Assembly: GCA_963663865.1 (NCBI GenBank)
Contig: OY760686.1
Span: 2,336,001 to 2,400,000 of the forward strand
Reading direction: 5' to 3'
Length of the DNA stretch: 64,000 bases
Origin: Spirochaetota bacterium
Lineage (GTDB): Bacteria > Spirochaetota > UBA4802 > UBA5550
Both the position numbers and the translations under genes were made by a program. Under the pieces are notes generated by a model that made no database searches, had not been told where the DNA came from, and saw only the letters and a program-made list of their open reading frames with translations. Numbering within the stretch: position 1 is the first letter of the stretch; each line of letters starts with the position of its first letter. Positions 15,092-25,440 of this stretch are shown in pieces.

Positions 15092-16054
15092 TTATTTGGG
15101 CACAGCCGTTATCTTCACTCTTTCGGGCTTTGAAAAAAGCCAGTCATCCTTCCGCAACGGCTTTTTGCACAACACTGCCACATCCAGTTCCTGTTCAAGT
15201 TTTTTCGCGGGGCCTGACTGTTTAAGCGCCGAAAGATCGACAAATACCTCAAAATCGGCAACAGCTACATCCAGCTCCTGAACAGTCCTCAGTGTTACCC
15301 TGACACTTTGCGGCTTTATCCTGTATTCAAGATACCGGCCCGGATTTCTGAAAGAAACCGGTATCGAGAACTCATAATTGCCCTCATATTTATTGATTGG
15401 AACTGTGACGGTGAAGACAGAATCTGAGACATTTATGCCCTTCAGAGAATACTGTTTTAAAATTTCAAGTTCTTCTATGACAGTGCCATCTTTACCCGTA
15501 ATGTCCAGTTCGACTGTTTTCAGGACATTAAGGCCCTGCATCTCAGACTGCGGCCCCTCAACAACCGTAAACTCGGGGTTGATGGAGACCTGCCCTGCGA
15601 AGTATCCTTTTTCAGGCTCCCCGAGGATCTGCGGAAGAACACGAATTGTTCTCGTAACAAGATTTTCAAGCCTGACATATATATGGGACATACCCAGGCT
15701 GATCGTGACATTTTCAGGGACATTTGACTTAACCAGCTTAAGCGGATACCGCTTTTTTGCGCCTGGTCTGGCCCCTTTTAGATTTGCAACGGCCTGAATG
15801 TCCTTTATCTGGACATTTTTCAAACTGTCGGACTTGCCTTCAAGCCTTACGATGACAAAGCGGTGTGACTGTTCCGCGACCACCGTAGATGACGGGAGAT
15901 CCTTGATTGTTATTGGTATTCTGAATTCGACTTCAGATATCTGCCCATTAGCTATGTAGGCCCAGAGCGCTACAGCCGCAAGCAGACTGCCTGCCTTGGG
16001 CAAATGGGCTTTAACAAACTTCGATTCCTTGATTTTATTGTAGAAAGTACCCAT
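15092..16054 (-). CDS. cdaR: YbbR-like / CdaR regulator of diadenylate cyclase
   Basis: N-terminal TM, repeated YbbR-like domains, directly downstream of cdaA. Confidence 0.8.
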   Translation of the reverse strand: MGTFYNKIKESKFVKAHLPKAGSLLAAVALWAYIANGQISEVEFRIPITIKDLPSSTVVAEQSHRFVIVRLEGKSDSLKNVQIKDIQAVANLKGARPGAKKRYPLKLVKSNVPENVTISLGMSHIYVRLENLVTRTIRVLPQILGEPEKGYFAGQVSINPEFTVVEGPQSEMQGLNVLKTVELDITGKDGTVIEELEILKQYSLKGINVSDSVFTVTVPINKYEGNYEFSIPVSFRNPGRYLEYRIKPQSVRVTLRTVQELDVAVADFEVFVDLSALKQSGPAKKLEQELDVAVLCKKPLRKDDWLFSKPERVKITAVPK

Positions 16055-16855
16055 TTAACTGCTGTACTCCTCATAGGCTGTTTTTGGATTCATATAAAAT
16101 AGAATCATGTTCTTCAACTCGCTCTCTTTGACCCTGGGATACATCTTTCCGTTTACCATGAGAACAACTGAGCCCGTTTCCTCGGACACCACAAGCACAA
16201 GAGCGTCGGTCTCCTCGGCGATACCGAGAGCTGCCCTGTGCCTGGCTCCATGCTGTTTCTTCAGCTGCTTGGAATCGCTTAACGGAAGATAGCACGCCGC
16301 CGCTGAAATGAGTCCGCCCTGGACTATTATCGCTCCGTCGTGAAGAGGTGTCGGAGGATAGAATATGGTACGGATAAGCTCCTCGGAAATTGAAGCATTA
16401 ATAGCAACACCGGACTCGATGTAGCTCTTAAGGCCCGTGTTGCGTTCTATCACAACCAGCGCCCCTACGCGCGCCTGCGACATCGAAAAAAGCGCGTTCA
16501 CGAGTTCGTCAAGCTGAAAGGCTTCCTTATTGCTTTCAGGGTTGAGCCAGCTTCTCTGGCCGAACTGTGTTATAAGCCGCCTGAGTTCGGGCTGGAAAAT
16601 TATTATTACTGTTATGATAAGAGATGATGACAGGTTAGTAATGAGCCAATCGAGGGTTTCGAGCCTCAGCAGCTTTGAAAGCGCGGCAACGATCAGAATT
16701 ACAAAAAGCCCCTTCAGAAGCTGAATTGCCTTCGTCTTCCTGAGAAAAGAATAAACCCAGTATACGATGAAAGCAACGATAAAGATATCCGCTACGTTTC
16801 TGACGTAGTCCCAGAAAACACCCAGGTACTCCAATATTTTTTCGCCAGCTCCCAT
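16055..16855 (-). CDS. cdaA: Diadenylate cyclase CdaA
   Basis: Three TM helices; FQPELRR, PLHDGA, GARHRAALG, VSEETG motifs. Confidence 0.95.
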   Translation of the reverse strand: MGAGEKILEYLGVFWDYVRNVADIFIVAFIVYWVYSFLRKTKAIQLLKGLFVILIVAALSKLLRLETLDWLITNLSSSLIITVIIIFQPELRRLITQFGQRSWLNPESNKEAFQLDELVNALFSMSQARVGALVVIERNTGLKSYIESGVAINASISEELIRTIFYPPTPLHDGAIIVQGGLISAAACYLPLSDSKQLKKQHGARHRAALGIAEETDALVLVVSEETGSVVLMVNGKMYPRVKESELKNMILFYMNPKTAYEEYSS

Positions 16856-16861
16856 AATCTC

Positions 16862-17671
16862 TTAAGAAATTCCTTTCAGCTTGATTAGCGCGTCAAGGGC
16901 CAGCCTGTGCGCCCTGACATCGTGTACCCTTATGATGTCAGCGCCGCTCATCACCGCCGCTGAATTCAGCGCTATTGTCCCGGGCAGACGGTCTTCGCCT
17001 GGGCCGTAAAGTCCCGCTATCATCGACTTTCTTGAAAGACCGATCAGCAGCGGGAACCCGAGCTCCTTAAATACTTTAATATTCTTTAAAATAAGATAAT
17101 TACCGTCAAATGTTTTTCCGAAGCCTATGCCGGGATCGAGAATAATTTTCGATTCAGGTATGCCTCTTGCCGTAGCAAGCCCCGCAGCGTTCTTCAAAAA
17201 GGCCGCGACCTCACCGACAAGGTCTCCGTAATCAGTGTCGCTCTGCATAGTCTCGGGCACACCCTTTATATGCATTAGAACAGCCAGAGCTCCCCCAGCG
17301 GCAACCACATCAGGCATTTTATCGTCGAACGTAAACCCGCTTATATCATTGATTATAGTCGCGCCAAGCCTGATGACCTCGGCCGCTACCACCGACTTTG
17401 TCGTGTCGACCGATACAGGAAGCCCGGTTGAGACAGCGGCCTCGACAGCCGGACAGACCCTGTCAAGCTCCTCCTGACCGCTTACCGGTTTTGATCCGGG
17501 CCTTGTTGATTCACCGCCCACATCTATAATATCAGCTCCCTCATCTGCCATCTGAAAGGCGCGGGAAGCAGCTGCCTGCCTTGTAAAATAACGCCCGCCG
17601 TCATGAAACGAGTCGGGAGTTACATTGAGAATCCCCATAAGAGCGGGGGTCGTAAATACATGAACCGTCAT
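16862..17671 (-). CDS. folP: Dihydropteroate synthase
   Basis: MGILNVTPDSF, GGESTRPG, DPGIGFGK, SRKS, RVHDV motifs. Confidence 0.97.
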   Translation of the reverse strand: MTVHVFTTPALMGILNVTPDSFHDGGRYFTRQAAASRAFQMADEGADIIDVGGESTRPGSKPVSGQEELDRVCPAVEAAVSTGLPVSVDTTKSVVAAEVIRLGATIINDISGFTFDDKMPDVVAAGGALAVLMHIKGVPETMQSDTDYGDLVGEVAAFLKNAAGLATARGIPESKIILDPGIGFGKTFDGNYLILKNIKVFKELGFPLLIGLSRKSMIAGLYGPGEDRLPGTIALNSAAVMSGADIIRVHDVRAHRLALDALIKLKGIS

Positions 17672-17680
17672 ATCCCCCGC

Positions 17681-18700
17681 CTACAGAAGTAGTGATACTG
17701 AAACGGTATTGTTCATGCCGTAATCAATCTTGTCAAAACTAAAGGCGTATGAAACGCTAAGGCCGTAAACCGAAAAAGCGGCGCCGGTTGAAAATGTATT
17801 ATCGCTTATTCCCATGCAAAATTTAAACTCCTCCATCAATTCGTACTGAACTCCCCCGGAGATTATGTAACCATCCTGTTCAAGTCGTTTTGTCACCACA
17901 AATGAGAACATAAAGCCAGAGTCCGCCTCAATAGACGCACCAGCGGAAAGCTGAGGATACGCGAAATCATATTCTTTTTTTACTCCCTGGTACTCACCTG
18001 CCGGCCTCAAACCGCTTCCGAGGTCGGTGGCTGAGAACGCGGCTTTCAGGAAGGGCAGCACATATACCTGAACACCGGCGTCAAGACCTGCTCCCGCGTA
18101 TGAGGCGTCATCAATCTTTTCATAAAGGCCTTTTAATGATATTCCCATATCTGTTATTCCCGCGCTCCAGGCATAGGACAGATATGAGACTGCGGAAACA
18201 TACTGGGCCTCGCCGAGATAGCCCCCGGAGCTGTCATACTTATCGATTCCCGTCGAAGCCAGGGTGTAGAGTCCGGCCCCGGCAACACCTCCGAAGAGGC
18301 CGAAAGCGGCTCCTGAAAAGGCCGCCTGCCTTGATTCGCTTAGCGCTGAGGCTGAAAGACCAATATCAAGAAACGGAGCGTCGCTTTTATCCTCTGAAAA
18401 GTTCATCAGGTCGCTCTCGGAAATGCCGCTCACAGCGCCCTCCCTGGCCTTTTTCCTAATTTCCTGAGCATCCATCTTCTTTCTCGCCCTGAGCTGCATG
18501 AGGCCGGCTGGATTCCAGTATAAGGAATAGACATCGTCGGTAACGACGATCCCTGTCTTCCCCATTGCAACATTCCTGGCGCCGGCCCATCCTGAACGCG
18601 TAAAAGCGGCCCTTGAGCCCGCCCCGTCCGCGTATGCTCCTGACGCGAGCACGAGCAGAAGAAAAGAGCATATTACAAAATGTTTTACTTGCTTTCTCAT
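17681..18700 (-). CDS. PorV/PorQ-like outer-membrane beta-barrel
   Basis: Signal peptide; GAR..AMG and YWNPAGL motifs of PorV/FadL-type barrels; amphipathic strands. Confidence 0.7.
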   Translation of the reverse strand: MRKQVKHFVICSFLLLVLASGAYADGAGSRAAFTRSGWAGARNVAMGKTGIVVTDDVYSLYWNPAGLMQLRARKKMDAQEIRKKAREGAVSGISESDLMNFSEDKSDAPFLDIGLSASALSESRQAAFSGAAFGLFGGVAGAGLYTLASTGIDKYDSSGGYLGEAQYVSAVSYLSYAWSAGITDMGISLKGLYEKIDDASYAGAGLDAGVQVYVLPFLKAAFSATDLGSGLRPAGEYQGVKKEYDFAYPQLSAGASIEADSGFMFSFVVTKRLEQDGYIISGGVQYELMEEFKFCMGISDNTFSTGAAFSVYGLSVSYAFSFDKIDYGMNNTVSVSLLL

Positions 18701-18704
18701 AATA

Positions 18705-19067
18705 TCAATATCTCACAAGAACCCGTATTGTCTTTTTTCCATAGCTGTCCGTGGCACTGTCCCTTGCCGTCACTTTGATAATGTACAGGCCCGGCTTAAC
18801 CACATTGCCTCTTGTGTTACGCCCGTTCCATCTAACGTTTCCGGGTGAACTGTAACTCCTTCTCGCCACAGTATCTCCGTTAACATCGAATACATCGATG
18901 GTAAACTCATCAAACGCCGGCAGATTGAGAAACGCTACGGCCCCTTCCGATGGATTGAACGGCACTGGCGCGGCTATGACATCCTTCATGTCGTATGAAT
19001 AAAGCTCCATCCCCGGAAGAAGAAACAATGCGGACAGAATAAATACAGCTGCTTTTGAAAACTTCAA
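18705..19067 (-). CDS. Secreted FlgD-Ig / T9SS CTD-like small protein
   Basis: Signal peptide then PVPFNP...IDVFDVNGDTV...WNGRNTRGNVVKPGLYIIKV; probable TTG start at 19067 after a G-rich RBS. Confidence 0.72.
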   Translation of the reverse strand: MKFSKAAVFILSALFLLPGMELYSYDMKDVIAAPVPFNPSEGAVAFLNLPAFDEFTIDVFDVNGDTVARRSYSSPGNVRWNGRNTRGNVVKPGLYIIKVTARDSATDSYGKKTIRVLVRY

Positions 19068-19198
19068 TACGGCCCCCCTGTTAAGAGTATGCGTTAAGCA
19101 CATAAGCTTTTTCCTGAAATGTATGCATCTTGTCATATAATAATCATAGGTGTATTCTGAACACAGCGATATCTGTGGGTCAACAAATAAAAGAACGG

Positions 19199-20005
19199 CT
19201 ATTCGGAAAGATTAATATGAGCATCATCCACAGCCGCTTCAATCTCGGCTTCGGAACACGCGAGGCCCCGGTGGTTTGTATCGACAACAAAATAGAGAAG
19301 AAACTCAATGTTCCCCGCAGGGCCTTTTACGGGTGACCAGGTTATCCCTCTGCACAGAGCTCCCTGCAAAGCCAGATTATCTATTACCCTCGTGACAATG
19401 GCTGAATGCAGCTTCCTGTCCCTCACCACGCCTTTTTTCTGTTCGCTTTTCATAGCTTCAAACTGCGGTTTGATTAAAAACACTCCGGACGCTCCGGTGA
19501 ATGCCGCAGCTGCAGCAGGAAAGACCTTCGTTATGGATATGAAGGATAGATCTGCGGCGATAAATTCCGGAGCGGGGTCAAACATACCCGGCTCAAGATA
19601 TCTCGCGTTAGTCCTGTCCATTACCGTTACCCTGGGATCCTGACGGAGAGAGTAATCGAGCTGCCCGTAACCCACATCGATAGAGTACACACGCGAAGCG
19701 CCTGCCCTGAGCATGCAGTCGGTAAAACCGCCTGTGGAAGCCCCCAGGTCGGCGGCCGTAACCCCATGAAGGTTTATCGAAAAAAAGTCCAGCGCTCTTG
19801 CAAGCTTGTAACCGCCGCGGCTCACGAAGAGGCCCCCCGGCCTTTCGACACTGATGTCCTCATCTCCCGCTATTCCGTGAGAAGCTGTTCTGATGGTCTC
19901 CCCGTTTACCTTCACCCAGCCGGCGAGTATTTCACGCTTCGCCTTTTCCCTTGAAGCGGAAAGCCCCTTTTCAGACAGGTACAAGTCAAGCCGCTGTTTT
20001 TTCAT
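19199..20005 (-). CDS. tlyA: TlyA family rRNA 2'-O-methyltransferase
   Basis: S4 domain; FVSRGGYKL, DLGASTGGFTD, DLSFIS, IKPQFE motifs. Confidence 0.95.
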   Translation of the reverse strand: MKKQRLDLYLSEKGLSASREKAKREILAGWVKVNGETIRTASHGIAGDEDISVERPGGLFVSRGGYKLARALDFFSINLHGVTAADLGASTGGFTDCMLRAGASRVYSIDVGYGQLDYSLRQDPRVTVMDRTNARYLEPGMFDPAPEFIAADLSFISITKVFPAAAAAFTGASGVFLIKPQFEAMKSEQKKGVVRDRKLHSAIVTRVIDNLALQGALCRGITWSPVKGPAGNIEFLLYFVVDTNHRGLACSEAEIEAAVDDAHINLSE

Positions 20006-21903
20006 TTCACCGTTTTTTTCCTGCGAGAAGGCTTCAGGCTTTCTATCACCCTTTGAGCTATAGAAGGCCCGTCAAGCCCGCATTCCGCAAAGAGCTGCTC
20101 ATTCGTACCATGAGTAATGAACTCATCAGGAAAGGCGGCAGAGAAAAGTCTCTTTGAGGCAAGCTTTCGGGGAAGCCTGGCGAGCAGTTCTTCTCCAAAA
20201 CCTCCAGACTCATAGGCATTCTCTACGGTTATAAAGGCCTTCGTTTCTTCGATAACAGCCAGAGCGGTCTTTTCGTCGAGCGGCTTAATGCTTCTGACAT
20301 CAATAACGGCTGCATTAATACCATTTCTTTTCAAAATTGAGGCCGCTTCACGGCTGATCGCAAGCATATCGCCCACGGAAAAAACAGCAAGGTCATTACC
20401 GGCTGATATTATCTTCATTTTCCCCGGAACAAAGCGCCTGGGCCGGTATGGGGTTTTACGCGGCTTATCATCAAAGCCCCTTGGATAGCGTATAGCAAGC
20501 GGACCGGAGTCGTGAGCGGCGGCGAAGTGTATCATATCTCTCAGCTCATCCGCGTTTGACGGAGCAAGTAGCATGAAATTAGGTATCGCCTTTATTATGG
20601 ATATGTCGAAAAGTCCGTGGTGTGTTTCTCCGTCGCTGCCGACAAGCCCTGCTCTGTCTATTAGTATCCTGACTGGAAGGTTCATTATGCCGGCATCGTG
20701 TATAAGCTGGTCAGCGGCTCTCTGTAAAAACGTTGAGTATATTGACACAAAGGGCTTAAGCCCGGTCTTCGCGAGGGCGCAGGCGAAGGTTACGGCGTGC
20801 TGCTCGGCAATGCCTACGTCAAAGAGCCTGTCCGGCGCTACCCTTTCAAATTCGCCAAGCCCGGTTCCAAGCTTCATAGCAGCTGTAATAGCGACAATTT
20901 TTTTATCTGCAGCGGCAAGCTCACCAAGTGTCCTTCCCGCGATTGTTGAATACGAGTCCGGACATTTACTGTCAACGCTTTTGCCGGTAAGCCTGTCGTA
21001 TGGTCCGGTACCGTGAAAGCGGCAGGGGTCATCTTCAGCGGGGCGGTATCCGTGCCCCTTGTGCGTGATTACATGTATAATTTTTGGACCGCTGTTGATA
21101 TCCCTCACTTTAGAGAAGACCTCGCACATCTGGTCAATCCGGTGCCCGTCAACAGGCCCGAAATACCTTATTCCCAAATCCTGAAACAGATTGTTTGCGG
21201 GCATAAGGAAGCCCTTGATACTGCTGAATAGCTTATAGAAGGCTTTAAAGAGCGGCTCTCCGGCAAACGGTATCTTCCTGAGAGCCTCCATGGTGTTTTT
21301 CCTGAACCTGTTATAGGCGGGACCCGATATCAGTCTTGTTAAATATGTCGAAAGGGCCCCGACATTCTTTGAAATGGAGTGCTCATTATCATTGAGGATG
21401 ATGATTATATCATTACGAAGCCTGCCGATCTGATTCATAGCCTCAAAAGCCATTCCGCCGGTCATGGAACCGTCTCCGATAACGGCGACTACCTTATAAT
21501 CTTCGCCATTCATGTCACGCCCTATCGCCTCACCCGCCGCGAGCGACAGGCTCGTACTGCTATGGCCGACATTGTAGGCGTCAAACGGGGATTCGGATAT
21601 TTTTGGGAAGCCGCTAAGCCCGCCGTATTGCCTTATGCTGTGAAAGCTGTCCTTCCTTCCCGTAAGAATCTTGTGCGCGTAGCATTGATGCCCCACATCC
21701 CAGATAAGCCTGTCATTCGGCGTGTTGAATATATAGTGGAGCGCTATTGTAAGCTCCACAACCCCAAGTGAAGAGGCAAGATGCCCTCCACGGCCGGAGA
21801 GTGAGTCTACAATAAACGCACGGACATCCTCAGCCAGAAGAGAAAGCTCTTCAACTGAAAGACGCCTGAGGTCTTCTACGCAGTTTACTTTATCTAAAAT
21901 CAT
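20002..21903 (-). CDS. dxs: 1-deoxy-D-xylulose-5-phosphate synthase
   Basis: GGHLASSLG, WDVGHQ, GDGSMTGG, DVGIAEQHA, DGETHHG motifs. Confidence 0.97.
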   Translation of the reverse strand: MILDKVNCVEDLRRLSVEELSLLAEDVRAFIVDSLSGRGGHLASSLGVVELTIALHYIFNTPNDRLIWDVGHQCYAHKILTGRKDSFHSIRQYGGLSGFPKISESPFDAYNVGHSSTSLSLAAGEAIGRDMNGEDYKVVAVIGDGSMTGGMAFEAMNQIGRLRNDIIIILNDNEHSISKNVGALSTYLTRLISGPAYNRFRKNTMEALRKIPFAGEPLFKAFYKLFSSIKGFLMPANNLFQDLGIRYFGPVDGHRIDQMCEVFSKVRDINSGPKIIHVITHKGHGYRPAEDDPCRFHGTGPYDRLTGKSVDSKCPDSYSTIAGRTLGELAAADKKIVAITAAMKLGTGLGEFERVAPDRLFDVGIAEQHAVTFACALAKTGLKPFVSIYSTFLQRAADQLIHDAGIMNLPVRILIDRAGLVGSDGETHHGLFDISIIKAIPNFMLLAPSNADELRDMIHFAAAHDSGPLAIRYPRGFDDKPRKTPYRPRRFVPGKMKIISAGNDLAVFSVGDMLAISREAASILKRNGINAAVIDVRSIKPLDEKTALAVIEETKAFITVENAYESGGFGEELLARLPRKLASKRLFSAAFPDEFITHGTNEQLFAECGLDGPSIAQRVIESLKPSRRKKTVK

Positions 21904-21946
21904 TGGGCAGCACCGGGAGCGGTTTGATTTGCATCAGGATTACATC

Positions 21947-22285
21947 CTAATACTTTTTACGTTCCTTGTCGTGATTGAGCCTGTTCATCAGATAAACGGC
22001 CCCGTAAGCGCCTAAAAATCCGGCTATGATATTAACTCCCGCCCCTTCAGCCAGGAAGGAGAGTACCAGCTTTGTAATGTCGAGAAGAAAATAGTCCAGA
22101 ATAAATCCGCCAATCAATGCCCCGATTACGGCGACAACAAATCCGCCTATATACCCACCAAAGAGGTCTCGTCTTTTCAGATGATAATAAATAGATGCGA
22201 CAGCCCCCGCTATCATGAGATAAATAGCGATTGCTTTCAACACCAGCAGAAATCCACGTATTTCAGGCGACATATTTCCCACCAT
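21947..22285 (-). CDS. Small integral membrane protein (GlsB/YeaQ/YmgE-like)
   Basis: Three Gly-rich hydrophobic helices (VIGALIGG). Confidence 0.6.
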   Translation of the reverse strand: MVGNMSPEIRGFLLVLKAIAIYLMIAGAVASIYYHLKRRDLFGGYIGGFVVAVIGALIGGFILDYFLLDITKLVLSFLAEGAGVNIIAGFLGAYGAVYLMNRLNHDKERKKY

Positions 22286-22308
22286 CCTTTATTTATGATT
22301 GAACAGGC

Positions 22309-22911
22309 CTAAGCCCATTCTCCTTTTCCCTTTCTCAGGAGCTCAGGAGCCCCGCTGCTGAAATCAACAATAGTCGAAGGTTCTGATATCTTTTGCCCGG
22401 CGTCAACAACAAGATCAACCTCATTGGCATATACGGCTTCAAGGTGCCCCGGATCAACAACATACTCCCCGGAAAGAGTATTAACGCTCGCGGAGAGTAT
22501 CGGCCTGCCGAGAGTGCGGACAAGTTCTAAGGCAATATTATTATCGGGTATCCTGATGCCAATAGTTTTTTGGTTTGTGGTGACAATTCTCGGAACGAGC
22601 TTCGAAGCCTCAAAAATAAAGGTATAAGGACCGGGCAGGAGACGCTTCATCGTCTTGTAAGCCTCGTTGGAGACAAGTCTCGCGTATTCGCTGACTGCTG
22701 AAATATCGCTAAAAATAAAGCTTAGAGGTTTTTTCCGGTCAATTTTCTTGAGCCTGTATATTGTGTCTATGGCTTTTTTACTCAAAATGTCGCACCCGTA
22801 CGCGTATACGGTATCGGTCGGATATACTATCAATCCTCCCTTTTCCAAAACCTCAACAGCCCTTTTAATGAGCCTTGCCTGAGGATTAATCTCGTGTATT
22901 TCGAGGATCAT
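22309..22911 (-). CDS. Sua5/YrdC/YciO family threonylcarbamoyl-AMP synthase-like protein
   Basis: YPTDTVY, LPGPYTFI, IGIRIP, PSTIVD motifs; HEINPQAR N-terminus typical of YciO. Confidence 0.9.
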   Translation of the reverse strand: MILEIHEINPQARLIKRAVEVLEKGGLIVYPTDTVYAYGCDILSKKAIDTIYRLKKIDRKKPLSFIFSDISAVSEYARLVSNEAYKTMKRLLPGPYTFIFEASKLVPRIVTTNQKTIGIRIPDNNIALELVRTLGRPILSASVNTLSGEYVVDPGHLEAVYANEVDLVVDAGQKISEPSTIVDFSSGAPELLRKGKGEWA

Positions 22912-23025
22912 ATCCGTTTCTCCGATTATTATTGATTATCGTAAGAAATTCACATATACTTTATTTCTGCCACGGGCCTTAAAAGAGACACAGGTTTGTG
23001 AAAAGGCAGCTGTCGTGAATGATAC

Positions 23026-23066
23026 AAAAAAAAGGCTTTTGCGGAGGTGCTTTCCGCAAAAGCCTT
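23026..23066 (-). terminator. Terminator-like hairpin in the divergent yciO/glgX intergenic region
   Basis: AAGGCTTTTGCGGA-loop-TCCGCAAAAGCCTT with an A8 run on its left, i.e. a U-tract on the minus strand. Confidence 0.65.
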
Positions 23067-23232
23067 CAACCTGGTAGATTAATACTCTGGAGTGTTTGAT
23101 ATTAATCAATACTATTTTCGGTAAGGCACACAGCAGCATTAGAATTTTTCTAAAACTTCTTGCAGTTAAGCGTATTATCGGCAATAATACGCCCGGCTTA
23201 AGGATCATGACTTTTCATTCCCGGAGGAGCCA

Positions 23233-25338
23233 GTGACAAAACTAACGTTTCCGCCGGTAAGCAAGCCGGGCAGGCCTGTACCTCTCGGAGCACGTGTTGA
23301 GGGTAACGGCGTACAGTTCTCTCTCCTCAGCAGAAACGCTGAATCCGTATCTGTCGTGCTGTTTCTTGAAAAAACACCAAAATCGGAGTACATAACAGTC
23401 CCGCTTGATCCGGCCAGAAACCGAACTGGCGATATATGGCATATATGGATTGAAGGTGCCGCTGAAGGCCAGCAATACGGCTACAAAATAGGCGGCCGTT
23501 ATAAACCCGCGGAAGGCCACAGGTTTAATCCGGAGAGACTTATAATCGACCCATACGCCAGGGCGCTAACCGATAACTTCAGATGGGACCTGTCAAAGGT
23601 CCGGGACCTTGACGGGCCTGCCGAAATTGACGACCCGGTTTACCATGTACCGAGGGCCATAGTTATAGACGCGAGCGACCTTCCTGACGACAGACAGCTG
23701 CAGCTTTCTCCCGAAGAAACAATAATCTACGAAATGCACGTCAAGGGATTTACCAGACACCCCTCCTCCGGGGCCGAATATCCAGGCACCTACAGGGGTG
23801 TTATAGAAAAGATACCCTACCTTAAAGAACTCGGTGTAACCGCCGTCGAGCTGTTGCCGGTTCAGGAATTTGACGAGTACGACAACATCTTTCATAATCC
23901 TTTTACCGGAGAAAGGCTCAAAAACTACTGGGGCTACAACACGATAGCTTTTTTCGCGCCAAAGGCAACCTATTCATCAACAGAGGCCATGGGCCTCCAG
24001 ATTATAGAGTTCAGAGAAATGGTTAAGGCCCTTCACGATGAGGGCATTGAGGTAATTCTTGACGTGGTTTTTAATCACACCGGTGAGGGTGATGAACGCG
24101 GCCCCGTCATCTCCTTCAAGGGAATTGACAACTCAATTTACTATATGCTTGAGGAGGATAAAAGCCGGTACAAGAACTTTTCCGGCTGCGGAAATACCTT
24201 TAACTGCAATCACCCTCTCGTGCGCGAATTCATACTCGACTGCCTCAAGTACTGGGTTATCGAGATGAAAGTAGACGGCTTCAGATTCGACCTCGCTTCA
24301 ATTCTGGGCAGGGACATCAACGGAAACATTTTGAGCAATCCCCCCCTGATAGAGAGAATCGAAGATGACCCCATTCTCCGTAACACGAAGCTCATTGCCG
24401 AGGCATGGGACGCGGCAGGAGCCTATCAGGTCGGCAAGTTCCCGTCCCGATGGCAGGAATGGAACGGCATGTACCGGGACGATGTCCGCTCTTTCTGGAG
24501 AGGAGATGCCGACAGAGCCGGAAGGTTTGCCACCAGGCTCTGCGGCAGCTCTGACCTTTACGGCATGGGAGGGAGAGGTCCGTGCCGCAGCATCAACTTC
24601 ATTACCTGTCATGACGGCTTCACGCTCAACGACCTCGTCAGCTATGAAAAGAAACACAATGAGGCTAACGGCGAGGACAACAGGGACGGTGAAAACCATA
24701 ACATTTCGAGAAACTACGGCGCTGAAGGGCCGACAGATGATTCTCAGATAAATTCCATACGCCTGCGTCAGATGAAAAACTTCATAGCCACACTGTTCCT
24801 TTCGCAGGGTATCCCGATGCTTCTTATGGGTGACGAATTTATGAGGACTAAGCGCGGAAACAACAACACCTACTGCCAGGACAGTGAGTATTCCTGGCTG
24901 GACTGGTCGGGCCGTGAAAAAGCCGCGGAATTTTTTGAGTTTACACAGTTCATGATCAGATTCCGGAGAGAGCACCCCTCCCTCAGAAAAAGAGACTTCT
25001 TCACAGGCCGGATAAATCCCGGCTGCGATGCCCCCGATATAAGCTGGCACGGCCTTGAGCCCGATAAACCTGACTGGTCACCTGAAAGCAGGTTCGTCGC
25101 GCTTCTTGTCAACGGAAACTGCGCGGTATCGGACAATCCCGACAGTGACATCTACATGGTTTTCAACGCCAATGACAGGCCTGCAGACATTACTCTGCCG
25201 GCATCAATATGCGGAGGACCGTGGAAGCTGGCCTTTGACACCTCAAAACCGCTAACCCTCTCTGATAATCACCAATCATATTCTGAATACTGCATAAATG
25301 CCATGACGACCTCCGTCTTCACCGCTGTCAAAATGTGA
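23233..25338 (+). CDS. glgX: Glycogen debranching enzyme (isoamylase, GH13)
   Basis: YEMHVKGFT, NYWGY, DVVFNHT, DGFRFDLA, AEAWD, HDGFTL motifs. Confidence 0.96.
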   Translation: MTKLTFPPVSKPGRPVPLGARVEGNGVQFSLLSRNAESVSVVLFLEKTPKSEYITVPLDPARNRTGDIWHIWIEGAAEGQQYGYKIGGRYKPAEGHRFNPERLIIDPYARALTDNFRWDLSKVRDLDGPAEIDDPVYHVPRAIVIDASDLPDDRQLQLSPEETIIYEMHVKGFTRHPSSGAEYPGTYRGVIEKIPYLKELGVTAVELLPVQEFDEYDNIFHNPFTGERLKNYWGYNTIAFFAPKATYSSTEAMGLQIIEFREMVKALHDEGIEVILDVVFNHTGEGDERGPVISFKGIDNSIYYMLEEDKSRYKNFSGCGNTFNCNHPLVREFILDCLKYWVIEMKVDGFRFDLASILGRDINGNILSNPPLIERIEDDPILRNTKLIAEAWDAAGAYQVGKFPSRWQEWNGMYRDDVRSFWRGDADRAGRFATRLCGSSDLYGMGGRGPCRSINFITCHDGFTLNDLVSYEKKHNEANGEDNRDGENHNISRNYGAEGPTDDSQINSIRLRQMKNFIATLFLSQGIPMLLMGDEFMRTKRGNNNTYCQDSEYSWLDWSGREKAAEFFEFTQFMIRFRREHPSLRKRDFFTGRINPGCDAPDISWHGLEPDKPDWSPESRFVALLVNGNCAVSDNPDSDIYMVFNANDRPADITLPASICGGPWKLAFDTSKPLTLSDNHQSYSEYCINAMTTSVFTAVKM

Positions 25339-25440
25339 TTGACCCCATCATGGCAATAGTGTTGTAATGAGACCTGACTTCACAGGCGGCATTTTTTCAT
25401 TTTCCGCCCACCGCGTAAAAAAAAACAAATCGGAGGCATA

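Noticed and set aside
24298-25050. Long antisense ORFs such as 24298-25050, 14685-15281 and 45163-45753
   Set aside because: Shadow frames of well-supported genes on the opposite strand.
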